A stretch of 63,803 nt of DNA, filler included, from Octopus bimaculoides (GCF_001194135.2; 6 parts of 5 records of this genome joined end to end with filler, not necessarily neighbours in it); one strand, 5' to 3'; numbered from the whole stretch's first letter, positions 24,901 to 38,383 are shown. Made by a program: numbers and translations. The notes: a model not told the origin generated them from the sequence alone.

Positions 24901-27900
24901 TACGTACGTTCATTCAATCTTACGTACGCTCGTTTTTACGTACATTCTTACGTATGTACGTACACACGTTCAATCGTTCTTTCGTTCGTTCGTTCCTTAA
25001 TTACGTTCGTTCATTACGTACGGACGTACGTTAGTTCTTTCGCACGTACGTACGTTCTTACATACGTAATTACGTTCTTTCTTTCGTTCGATAGTTCCTT
25101 CATACTTACGTACGTACGTACGTACCTACCTTCGTTCGTTCGTACTTACGTACATACGTTCGTTCGTTCTTACGTACGTAAGTACGTACGTTCATTCGTT
25201 ACTTCCTTCTTTCCTTCGTTTGTTCGTTCAATCGTTCGTACGTACGTTCGTCCGTTTCTTTGTTCGTTCGTTCGTTCTTACATACGTACTTACGCACGTA
25301 AATCCGTACGTACGGACGTTCGGTCGTTGCCTCGTTCTTTCGTACGTACGTACGTTCGTTCATCAGGTCGTTAATTTTTTCGTTCGTTCGTTTCATTCGT
25401 TCGTTCGTCCGTCCGTACGTTCGTTCGTTCTGACATACGTTCGTACGTACGTACGTTTTTTCGTTCGTTCGTTCGTTCATTCATATATATGTACGTTGGA
25501 ACATACGTACGTTCGTTCTTTCGTTGGTTCGTAATTACGTTCCTTCTTTCGTTTATTCGTTCNNNNNNNNNNNNNNNNNNNNNNNNNNNNNNNNNNNNNN
25601 NNNNNNNNNNNNNNNNNNNNNNNNNNNNNNNNNNNNNNNNNNNNNNNNNNNNNNNNNNNNNNNNNNNNNNNNNNNNNNNNNNNNNNNNNNNNNNNNNNNN
25701 NNNNNNNNNNNNNNNNNNNNNNNNNNNNNNNNNNNNNNNNNNNNNNNNNNNNNNNNNNNNNNNNNNNNNNNNNNNNNNNNNNNNNNNNNNNNNNNNNNNN
25801 NNNNNNNNNNNNNNNNNNNNNNNNNNNNNNNNNNNNNNNNNNNNNNNNNNNNNNNNNNNNNNNNNNNNNNNNNNNNNNNNNNNNNNNNNNNNNNNNNNNN
25901 NNNNNNNNNNNNNNNNNNNNNNNNNNNNNNNNNNNNNNNNNNNNNNNNNNNNNNNNNNNNNNNNNNNNNNNNNNNNNNNNNNNNNNNNNNNNNNNNNNNN
26001 NNNNNNNNNNNNNNNNNNNNNNNNNNNNNNNNNNNNNNNNNNNNNNNNNNNNNNNNNNNNNNNNNNNNNNNNNNNNNNNNNNNNNNNNNNNNNNNNNNNN
26101 NNNNNNNNNNNNNNNNNNNNNNNNNNNNNNNNNNNNNNNNNNNNNNNNNNNNNNNNNNNNNNNNNNNNNNNNNNNNNNNNNNNNNNNNNNNNNNNNNNNN
26201 NNNNNNNNNNNNNNNNNNNNNNNNNNNNNNNNNNNNNNNNNNNNNNNNNNNNNNNNNNNNNNNNNNNNNNNNNNNNNNNNNNNNNNNNNNNNNNNNNNNN
26301 NNNNNNNNNNNNNNNNNNNNNNNNNNNNNNNNNNNNNNNNNNNNNNNNNNNNNNNNNNNNNNNNNNNNNNNNNNNNNNNNNNNNNNNNNNNNNNNNNNNN
26401 NNNNNNNNNNNNNNNNNNNNNNNNNNNNNNNNNNNNNNNNNNNNNNNNNNNNNNNNNNNNNNNNNCATACGTACGGACGTACGTTAGTTCTTTCGCACGT
26501 ACGTACGTTCTTACATACGCAATTACGTTCTTTCTTTCGTTCGATAGTTCCTTCATACTTACGTACGTACGTACCTACCTTCGTTCGTTCGTACTTACGT
26601 ACGTAAGTACGTACGTTCATTCGTTACTTCCTTCTTTCCTTCGTTTGTTCGTTCGATCGTTCGTACGTACGTATGTTCATTCAATCGTACGTACGTTCAT
26701 TCAATCGTACGTACGTACGCTCGTTCGTACGTTCATTCTTACGTGTGTACGTACATACGTTCAATCGTTCGTTTGTTCCTTCATTTCGTTCGTTCATACG
26801 TACGTTCATTCAATCGTACGTACGTACGCTCGTTTTTACGTTCATTCTTACGTATGTACGTACATACGTTCAATCGTTCTTTCGTTCGTTTGTTCGTTCG
26901 TTCATACGTACGGACGTACGTTAGTTCTTTCGCACGTACGTACGTACCTTTTATCGTTCGTTCTTTCGTACGTCTGTACATTCTTTCGTTCAATCGTTCG
27001 TTCATTCCTTCGTACGTACGTTCATTCGTACGTTCGTTAGTTTGTTCGTTCGTTCGTTCGCTAGTTCGTTCGTACGTTTGTTAGTTTGTTCGTTCGTTCA
27101 TACGTACGTACGTACATATGTACCTACTTATGTACGTTCGTTTGTTCGTTCGTTCGTACATACGTACGTTCAATTCTTTGTTCGTCCGTTTGTTCGATCG
27201 TTCGTTCGTTCTTACATACGTACTTACGCACGTAAATCCGTAGGTACGGACGTTCGTTCGTTGCCTCGTTCTTTCGTACGTACGTACGTTCGTTCATTAG
27301 GTCGTTAGTTTTTTCGTTCGTTCGTTTCATTCGTTCTTTCGTCCGTCCGTACGTTCATTCGTTCTGACATACGTTCGTACGTACGTACGTTTTTTCGTTC
27401 GTTCGTTCGTTCATTCATATATATGTACGTTGGAACATACGTACGTTCGTTCTTTCGTTCGTTCGTAATTACGTTACTTCTTTCGTTTATTCGTTCGTAC
27501 GTACGAACTTACTTACGTACGCACGATCTTTCCTTCCTTCGACCATTTGTTCATACGTACGATCGTTCGTTAGTTTGTTTGTTCGTTCATACGTACGTAC
27601 GTACATATGTACCTACTTATGTACGTTCGTTTGTTCGTTCGAACATACGTACGTTCAATTCTTTGTTCGTTCGTTCTTTTTTCGTACCNNNNNNNNNNNN
27701 NNNNNNNNNNNNNNNNNNNNNNNNNNNNNNNNNNNNNNNNNNNNNNNNNNNNNNNNNNNNNNNNNNNNNNNNNNNNNNNNNNNNNNNNNNNNNNNNNNNN
27801 NNNNNNNNNNNNNNNNNNNNNNNNNNNNNNNNNNNNNNNNNNNNNNNNNNNNNNNNNNNNNNNNNNNNNNNNNNNNNNNNNNNNNNNNNNNNNNNNNNNN

Positions 27901-30900
27901 NNNNNNNNNNNNNNNNNNNNNNNNNNNNNNNNNNNNNNNNNNNNNNNNNNNNNNNNNNNNNNNNNNNNNNNNNNNNNNNNNNNNNNNNNNNNNNNNNNNN
28001 NNNNNNNNNNNNNNNNNNNNNNNNNNNNNNNNNNNNNNNNNNNNNNNNNNNNNNNNNNNNNNNNNNNNNNNNNNNNNNNNNNNNNNNNNNNNNNNNNNNN
28101 NNNNNNNNNNNNNNNNNNNNNNNNNNNNNNNNNNNNNNNNNNNNNNNNNNNNNNNNNNNNNNNNNNNNNNNNNNNNNNNNNNNNNNNNNNNNNNNNNNNN
28201 NNNNNNNNNNNNNNNNNNNNNNNNNNNNNNNNNNNNNNNNNNNNNNNNNNNNNNNNNNNNNNNNNNNNNNNNNNNNNNNNNNNNNNNNNNNNNNNNNNNN
28301 NNNNNNNNNNNNNNNNNNNNNNNNNNNNNNNNNNNNNNNNNNNNNNNNNNNNNNNNNNNNNNNNNNNNNNNNNNNNNNNNNNNNNNNNNNNNNNNNNNNN
28401 NNNNNNNNNNNNNNNNNNNNNNNNNNNNNNNNNNNNNNNNNNNNNNNNNNNNNNNNNNNNNNNNNNNNNNNNNNNNNNNNACTTCTTTCGTTTATTCGTT
28501 CGTACGTACGAACTTACTTACGTACGCACGATCTTTCCTTCCTTCGACCATTTGTTCATACGTACGATCGTTCGTTAGTTTGTTTGTTCGTTCATACGTA
28601 CGTACGTACATATGTACCTACTTATGTACGTTCGTTTGTTCGTTCGTTCGTACATACGTACGTTCAATTCTTTGTTCGTCCGTTCTTTTTTCGTACCTAC
28701 GTACGTTCGTTCGTTCTTACGTACGTAAGTACGTACGTTCATTCGTTACTTCCATCTTTCCTTAATTTCGTTCGTTCATACGTACGGACGTACGTTAGTT
28801 CTTTCGCACGTACGTACGTTCGTACATACGTAATTACGTTCGTTCGTTCTTACGTTCTTTCTTTCGTTCGATCGTTCCTTCATACTTACGTACGTACGTA
28901 CCTACCTTCGTTCGTTCGTACTTACGTACGAACGTTCGTTCGTTCTTACGTACGTTCATTCTTACGTACGTACGTACGTACATACGTTCAATGGTTCTTT
29001 CGTTCGTTTGTTCGTTCGTTCATACGTACGGACGTACGTTAGTTCTTTCGCACGTACGTACGTACCTTTGTTCGTTCGTTCGTACGTCCGTACATTCTTT
29101 CGTTCAATCGTTCGTTCATTCCTTCGTTCGTACGTTCGTTAGTTTGTTCGTTCGTTCGTTCGCTCGTTCGTTCGTACGTTCGTTCGTACGTACGTGCGTA
29201 CGTTCGTTCGTTTGTTTGTTCGTTCATTCATACGTACGTACGTACATATGTACCTACTTATGTACGTTCGTTTGTTCGTTCGTTCGTACATACGTACGTT
29301 CAATTCTTTGTTCGTCCGTTCTTTTTTCGTACCTACGTACGTTCGTTCGTTCTTACGTACGTAAGTACGTACGTTCATTCGTTACTTCCATCTTTCCTTA
29401 ATTTCGTTCGTTCATACGTACGGACGTACGTTAGTTCTTTCGCACGTACGTACGTTCGTACATACGTAATTACGTTCGTTCGTTCTTACGTTCTTTCTTT
29501 CGTTTGATCGTTCCTTCATTCTTACGTACGTACGTACCTGCCTTCGTTCGTTCGTACTTACGTACGTACGTTCGTTCGTTCTTACGTACGTAAGTACGTA
29601 CGTTCATTCGTTACATCCTTCTTTCCGTCGTTTGTTCGTTCGATCGTTCGTACGTACGTATGTTCATTCAATCGTACGTACATTCATTCTTACGTGTGTA
29701 CGTACATACGTTCAATCGTTCAATTGTTCGTTCGTTCCTTCATTTCGTTCTTTCATACGTACGGACGTACGTTAGTTCTTTCGTTTGTTCGATCGTTGTC
29801 TCGTTCGTTCCTTCGTCCATTCTTTCTTTACTTCGTTCGTTCATTCGTTTGTTTGTTTCGTTCGATCGTTCGTTCGCTCGTTCTTTCGTTCGTTCGTTTG
29901 TTTCGTTCGTTCGGACGTTCTTTCGTTCGTTCGTACGTACGTGCGTCCGTTCGTTAGTTTGTTCGTTCGTTCATACGTACGTACGTACATATGTACCTAC
30001 TTATGTACGTTCGTTTGTTCGTTCGTTCGTACATACGTACGTTCAATTCTTTGTTCGTCCGTTCTTTTTTCGTATCTACGTACGTTCGTTCATTCAATCG
30101 TTCGTACGTACGTTCGTCCGTTTCTTTGTTCGTTCGTTTGTTCGATCGTTCGTTCGTTCTTACATACGTACTTACGCACGTAAATCCGTAGATACGGACG
30201 TTCGTTCGTCGCCTCGTTCTTTCGTACGTACGTACGTTCGTCCGTCCGTACGTTCGTTCGTTCTAACATACGTACGTTTTTTCGTTCGTTCGTTCGTTCG
30301 TTCATTCATATATATGTACGTAGGAACATACGTACGTTCGTTCGTTCTTTCGTTCGTACGTACGAACTTACTTACGTACGCACTTTCTTTCCTTCCTTCG
30401 ACCATTTGTTCATACGTACGATCGTTCGTTCGTACGTTCGTTAGTTTGTTCGTTCGTTCATACGTACGTACGTACATATGTACCTACTTATGTACGTTCG
30501 TTTGTTCGTTCGAACATACGTACGTTCAATTCTTTGTTCGTTCGTNNNNNNNNNNCGTTTGTTCGTTCGAACATACGTACGTTCAATTCTTTGTTCGTTC
30601 GTTCTTTTTTCGTACCTACGTACGTTCGTTCGTTTAATCGTTCGTTCTTTCGTTCGTACGTACGTTAGTCCGTTTCTTTGTTCGTTCGTTTGTTCGATCG
30701 TTCGTTCGTTCTTACGTACGTCCTTACGTATGTAAATCCGAATGTACGGACGTTCGTTCGTTAGTTCTTTCGTTCTTTCGTACGTACGTTCGTTCATTAG
30801 GTCGTTCGTTTGTTCGTTCGTTGGTTTCATTCGTTCGTTCGTCCGTCCGTACGTTCGTTCGTTTTGACATACGTTCGTTCGTACGTACGTTCGTTCGTTC

Positions 30901-33900
30901 GTTCGTTCGTTCGTTCGTTCATTCATATATATGTACGCAGGAACATACGTACGTTCGTTCGTTCGTTCGTAATTACGTTCCTTCTTTCGTTTATTCGTTA
31001 GTACGTACGAACTTACTTACGTACGTTCGTTCGTTCTTTCTTACGTACGTTCATTCGTTACTTCGTTCTTTCCTTCGTTCGTTCGTTCGATCGTTCGAAC
31101 GTACGTACGTTCATTCAATCGTACGTACGTACACTCGTTTTTACGTACATTCTTACGTATGTACGAACATACGTTCAATCGTTCTTTCGTTCGTTTGTTC
31201 GTTCGTTCATACGTACGGACGTACGTTAGTTCTTTCGCACGTACGTACGTTCGTATATACGTAATTACGTTCGTTCGTTCTTACGTTCTTTCTTTCGTTC
31301 GATCGTTCCTTCATACTTACGTACGTACGTACCTACTTTCGTTCGTTCGTACTTACGTACGTACGTTCATTCGTTCTTACGTACGTAAGTACGTACGTTC
31401 ATTCGTTACTTCCTTCTTTCCTTCGTTTGTTCGTTCGATCGTTCGTACGTACGTATGTTCATTCAATCGTACGTACGTTCATTCAATCGTACGTACGTAC
31501 GCTCGTTCGTACGTTCATTCTTACGCGTGTACGTACATACGTTCAATAGTTCGTTTGTTCGTTCGTTCCTTCATTTCGTTCGTTCATACGTACGGACGTA
31601 CGTTAGTTCTTTCGTTCGTACGTACGTACGTTCATTCGCTCGTTCGATCGTTCCTACGTACGGATGTATGTACGTACGTTCGTTCGTACGTACGTTCGTT
31701 CGTACGTACGTTCGTTTGTTTTTTTCTATCTTTCTTTGGTTCGCATATGCGTTCTTTCCTACGTACGTACGTTTGTTTGTTCATTCGTTCCTTCGTTTGT
31801 TCTTACATACGAACGTGAGTACGTTCTTTCGTTTGTTCGATCGTTGTCTCGTTCGTTCCTTCGTCCATTCTTTCGTTACTTCGTTCGTTCATTCGTTTGT
31901 TTGTTTCGTTCGATCGTTCGTTCGCTCGTTCTTTCGTTCGTTCGTTTGTTTCGTTCGCTCGTTCGTTCGTACGTTCTTTCGTTCGTTCGTACGTACGTGC
32001 GTCCGTTCGTTAGTTTGTTCGTTCGTTCATACGTACGTACGGACGTATGTACCTACTTATGTACGTTCGTTTGTTCGTTCGTTCGTATATACGTACGTTC
32101 AATTCTTTGTTCGTTCGTTCGTACGTACGTTCGTCCGTTTCTTTGTTCGTTCGTTTGTTCGATCGTTCGTTCGTTCTTACATACGTACTTACGCACGTAA
32201 ATCCTTACGTACGGACTTCGTTCGTTGCCTCGTTCTTTCGTACGTACGTACGTTCGTTCATTCGGTCGTTAGTTTTTTCGTTCGTTCGTTTCATTCGTTC
32301 GTTCGTCCGTCCGTACGTTCGTTCGTTCTGACATACGTACGTTTTTTCGTTCGTTCGTTTGTTCGTTCGTTCATTCATATATATGTACGTAGGAACATAC
32401 GTACGTTCGTTCGTTCTTTCTTTCGTTCGTAATTACGTTCCTTCTTTCGTTTATTCGCTCGTACGTACGAACTTACTTACGTACGCACGTTCTTTCCTTC
32501 CTTCGACCATTTGTTCATACGTACGATCGTTCGTTCGTACGTTCGTTAGGTTGTTCGTTCGTTCATACGTACGTACGTACGTACATATGTACCTACTTAT
32601 GTACGTTCGTTTGTTCGTTCTAACATACGTACGTTCAATTCTTCGTTCGTTCGTTCATTTTTCGTACCTACGTACGTTCGTTCGTTCTTACATACGTACT
32701 TACGTACGTAAATCCGTACGTGCGGACGTTCGTTCGTTAGTTCTTTCGCTCTTTCGTACGTACGTACGTTCGTTCATTCATATAGATGTACGCAGGAACA
32801 TACGTACGTTCGTTCGTTCGTAATTACGTTCCTTCTTTCGTTTATTCGTTAGTACGTACGAACTTACTTACGTACGTTCGTTCGTTCTTTCTTACGTACG
32901 TAAGTACGTACGTTCATTCGTTACTTCGTTCTTTCCTTCGTTCGTTCGTTCGATCGTTCGAACGTACGTACGTACGCTCGTTCGTACGTTCATTCTTACG
33001 TGTGTACGTACATACGTTCAATCGTTCGTTTGTTCGTTCGTTCCTTCATTTCGTTCATTGAACGTATGTACGCACGAACGAAAGAACTAACGTACGTCCG
33101 TACGTTCAATCGCTCGTTCGATCGTTCCTACGTACGGATGTATGTACGTACGTTCGTTTGTTATTTTGTTCTATCTTTCTTTTATTCGCACATGCGTTCT
33201 TTCCTACGTACGTACGTTTGTTTGTTCATTCATTCGTTCGTTTGTTCTTACATACGAACGTGCGTACGTTCTTTCGTTTGTTCGATCGTTCGTTCGTCCA
33301 TTCTTTCGTTACTTCGTTCGTTCTTTCGCTCGTTCGTTCATTCGTATGTTCGTTTGTTTCGTTCGCTCGTTCGTTCGTACGTTCTTTCGTTTGTTCGTAC
33401 GTACGTACGTTCAATTCTTTGTTCGTTCGTTCGTACGTACGTTCGTCCGTTTCTTTGTTCGTTCGTTTGTTCGTTCGTTCTTACATACGTACTTACGCAC
33501 GTAAATCCTTACGTACGGACTTCGTTCGTTGCCTCGTTCTTTCGTACGTACGTACGTTCGTTCATTAGGTCGTTAGTTTTTTCGTTCGTTCGTTTCATTC
33601 GTTCGTTCGTTTCATTCGTTCGTTCGTCCGTCCGTACGTTCGTTCGTTCATTAGGTCGTTAGTTTTTTCGTTCGTTCATTCATATATATGTACGTAGGAA
33701 TATACGTACGTACGTTCGTTCTTTTGTTCGTTCGTAATTACGTTCCTTCTTTCGTTTATTCGTTCGTACGTACGAACTTACTTACGTACGCACGTTTTTT
33801 CCTTCCTTCGACCGTTTGTTCATACGTACGATCGTTCGTTCGTACGTTCGTTCATACGTACGTACGTATATATGTACCCACTTATGTATGTTCGTTTGTT

Positions 33901-36900
33901 CGTTCGAACATACGTACGTTCAATTCTTCGTTCGTTCGTTCGAACATACTTACGTTCAATTCTTTGTTCGTTCGTTCTTTTTTCGTACATACGTACGTTC
34001 GTTCGTACGTACGTTAGTCCGTTTCTTTGTTCGTTCGTTTGTTCGATAGTTCGTTCGTTCTTACATACGTACTTACGTAAATCCGTACGTACGGACGTTA
34101 GTTCTTTCGTACGTACGTACTTCGTTCATTAGGTCGTTCGTTTGTTCGTCCGTGCGTACGTTCGTTTTGACATACGTTCGTTCGTTCGTACGTACGTTTG
34201 TTCGTTCGTTCGTAATTACGTTCCTTCTTTCGTTTATTAGTTAGTACGTACGAACTTACTTACGTACGTACGTTCGTTCATTCTTTCTTACGTACGTAAG
34301 TACGTCCGTTCATTCGTTACTTCGTTCTTTCCTTCGTTCGTTCGTTCGGACGTTCATTCAATCGTACGTACGCTGGTTTTTACGTTCATTCTTACGTATG
34401 TACGTACATACGTTCAATCGTTCTTTCGTTCGTTCATTCATATATATGTACGTAGGAACATACGTACGTTCGTTCGTTCGTTCTTTCGTATATACGTTCC
34501 TTCTTTCGTTTATTCGTTCGTACGTACGAACTTACTTACGTACGCACGTTCTTTCCTTCCTTCGACCATTTGTTCATACGTACGATCGCTCGTTCGTACG
34601 TTCGTTAGTTTGTTCGTTCCGTCATACGTACGTCCGTACATATGTACCTACTTATGTACGTTCGTTTGTTCGTTCGAACATACGTACCTTCAATTCTTCG
34701 TTCGTTCGTTCTTTTTTCGTATCTACGTACGTTCGTTCGTTTAATCTTCGTTCTTTCGTTCGTACGTACGTTAGTCCGTTTCTTTGTTCGTTCGTTTGTT
34801 CGATCGTTCGTTCGTTCTAACATACGTACTTACGTACGTAAATCCGTACGTGCGGATGTTCGTTCGTTAGTTCTTTCGCTCTTTCGTACGTACGTACGTT
34901 CGTTCATTAGGTCGTTCGTTTGTTCGTTTCATTCGTTCGTTCGTTTCGTTCGTCCGTCCATACGTTCGTTCGTTTTGACATACGTTCGTTCGTACGTACG
35001 TTTGTTCGTTCGTTCGTTCATTCATATATATGTACGCAGGAACACACGTACGTTCGTAATTACGTTCCTTCTTTCGTTTATTCGTTAGTACATACGAACT
35101 TACTTACGTACGTTCGTTCGTTCTTTCTTACGTACGTTCATTCGTTACTTCGTTCTTTCCTTCGTTCGTTCGTTGGAACGTACGTACGTACGCTCGTTTT
35201 TACGTACATTCTTACGTATGTACGTACATACGTTCAATCGTTCTTTCGTTCGTTCCTTAATTTCGTTCGTTTATACGTACGGACGTACGTTAGTTCTTTC
35301 GCACGTACGTACGTTCGTACATACGTAATTACGTTCGTTCGTTCTTACGTTCTTTCTTTCGTTCGATCGTTCCTTCATACTTACGTACGTACGTACCTAC
35401 CTTCGTTCGTTCGTACTTACTTACGTACTTTCGTTCGTTCTTACGTACGTACGTTCATTCGTTACTTCCTTCATGCCTTCGTTTGTTCGTTCAATCGTTT
35501 GTACGTACGTATGTTCATTCAATCGTACGTACGTTCATTCAATCGTACGTACGTACGCTCGTTCGTACGTTCATTCTTACGTGTGTACGTACATACGTTC
35601 AATCGTTCGTTTGTTCTTTCGTTCATACGTACGGACGTACGTTAGTTCTTTCGTTCGTACGTACGTTCATTCGCTCGTTCGATCGTTCCTACGTACGTAT
35701 GTATGTACGTACGTTCTTTCCTATTTACGTACGTTTGTTTGTTCATTCGTTCCTTCGTTTGTTCTTTCGTACGTCCGTACATTCTTTCGTTCATTCCTTC
35801 GTACGTACGTTCGTTTGTTCGTTCATTCGCTCGTTCGTTCGTACGTTCTTTCGTTCGTTCGTACGTACGTGCGTACGTTCGTTCGTTCATACGTACGTAC
35901 GTACATATGTACCTACTTATGTACGTTCGTTTGTTCATTCGTTCGTACATACGTACGTTCAACTCTTTGTTCGTTCGTTCTTTTTTCGTACCTACGTACG
36001 TTCGTTCGTTCAATCGTTCGTTCTTTCGTTCGTCCGTTTCTTTGTTCGTTCGTTCGTTCGTTCTTACATACGTACTTACGCACGTAAATCCGTACATACG
36101 GACGTTCGTTCGTTGCCTCGTTCTTTCGTACGTTCGTTCATTAGGTCGTTAGTTTTTTCGTTCGTTCGTTTCATTCGTTCGTCCGTCCGTTCGTTCTGAC
36201 ATACGTTCGTACGTTTTTTCGTTCGTTCGTTCTTTCATTCATATATATGTACGTAGGAACATACGTACGTTCGTTTGTTCTTTCGTTCGTTCATAATTAC
36301 GTTCCTTCTTTCGTTTATTCGTTCGTACGTACGAACTTACTTACGTACGCACGTTCTTTCCTTCCTTCGACCATTTGTTCATACGCATGATCGTTCGTTC
36401 GTTCGTTCATACGTACGTACGTACATATTTACCTACTTATGTACGTTCGTTTGTTCGTTCGAACATGCGTACGTTCAATTCTTTGTTCGTTCGTTCTTTT
36501 TTCGTACCTACGTACGTTTAATCGTTCGTACGTACGTTAGTCCGTTTCTTTGTTCGATCGTTCGTTCGTTCTTACATACGTACGTACGGACGTTCGTTCG
36601 TTAGTTCTTTCGTTCGTACGTACGTTTGTTCGTTCGTTCGAACGTACGTACGTTCATTCAATCGTACGTACGTACGCTCGTTTTTACGTTCATTCTTACG
36701 TATGTACGTACATACGTTCAATCGTTCTTTCGTCCGTTCGTTCCTTAATTTCGTTCGTTCATACGTACGGACGTACGTTAGTTCTTTCGAAGGAAGGAAC
36801 GAAGAAACGAACGAACGTACGAATGGTCGTACGTACGTACGGAAGAACGAAATAAACGAACGAAACAAGCAAACGAACGAAGTAACGAAAGAATGGACGA

Positions 36901-38383
36901 ACGAACGAACGAGACAACGATCGAACGAAAGAACGTACGTACATACATCCGTACGTAGGAACGAGCGAACGAACGTACGTACAAACGAACGAAAAAACGA
37001 TTGAACGTATGTACGTACATACGTAAGAATGAACGTACGAACGATCGAACGAACGAAGGAAGGAATGAACGTACGTAAGAACGAACGAAGGTACGTACGT
37101 ACGTAAGTAGGTAGGAAAGATGGAACGTAAGAACGAACGAATGTAATTACGTATGTACGAACGAACGTACGTAGGTACGTATATAAGTACCTACGTACGA
37201 ATGAACGTAAATACGTCCGTAACAAGGAAGGAACGAACAAACAAATGAACGAACGAACGAGCGTGCGTATGTTCGAACGTACATATGTATGAATGAACGA
37301 ACGAACGAACAAAAGAATGTACGTACGTACGAACGAACGTACGTACGTATGACCGAACGTACGTACGTACGAACGAACGTAAATACGAACGAACGTAAGT
37401 ACGAATGATCGTACGTATGAACAAATGATCGAAGGAAGGAAAGAACGTGCGTACGTAAGTAAGTTCGTACGTACGAACGAATAAACGAAAGAAGGAACGT
37501 AATTACGAAAGAACGAGCGAACAGACGTACATACGTACGAACGAACGTATGTCAGAACGAACGAATGTACGGACGAACGAACGAACGAACGAAACGAACG
37601 AACGACCTAATGAACGAACGTACGTACGAAAGAACAAAAGAACTAACGAACGTCCGTACGTACGGATTTACGTACGTAAGTACGTATGTAAGAACGAACA
37701 AACGATCGAAAGAACGAACGAACGATCGAACGAAACAAACAAACGAATGAACGAACGAGCGAAAGACCGAACGAACGAACGATCGAACAAACGAAGGAAC
37801 GAATGAACAAACAAACGTACGTACGTAGGAAAGAACGCATGTGCGAACGAAAGAAAGATAGAACAAAAAAACAAACGAACGTACGTACGAACGAAAGAAC
37901 TAACGTACGTACGGTTGTACGAACGATCGTACGTATGAACAAATGATCGAAGGAAGAAAAGAACGTGCGTACGTAAGTAAGTTCGTACGTACGAACGAAT
38001 ATACGAAAGAAGGAGCGGAATTACGAACGAACGATCGAACAAACGAACGAACAAAGAAACGGACTAACGTACGTACGAACGAACGAACGATTGAACGAAC
38101 GAACGTACGTAGGTACGAAAAAAGAACGAACGAACAAAGAATTGAACGTACGTATGTACGAACGAACAAACGAACGTACATAAGTAGGTACATATGTACG
38201 TACGTATGAACGAACGAACAAACTAACGAACGAACAAACTAACGAACGTACGCACATACGTACGAATGAACGAACGTACGTACATACGAACGATTGAACG
38301 AAAGAATGTACGTACGTACGAAAGAACGAACGAACGAGCAAACATACTGCGAAGGAACGAACGAACAAACGAACGAATGATCG
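18912..38383. repeat. Large CpG-rich complex satellite built from TTCG/TACG tetramers with higher-order organisation; 36789-38383 inverted
   Basis: Continuous degenerate (TTCG)n/(TACG)n with recurrent landmarks (GACCATTTG, CATATGTACCTACTTATG, GTAAATCC, CATTAGGTCG, TGACATACG, GTAATTACG). Strand switches to (CGAA)n at ~36789. Several N gaps inside. Confidence 0.97.

Noticed and set aside
18960-38368. Dozens of long ORFs (FVRS/TYVR/NERT repeats, up to ~370 aa)
   Set aside because: Stop-free frames are a by-product of TTCG/TACG tetramers. There are no splice signals, domains or codon structure.
18912-38383. CRISPR-like repeat/spacer reading of the landmark cycle
   Set aside because: Eukaryotic context, no unique spacers, no cas genes; the intervening sequence is itself repetitive.
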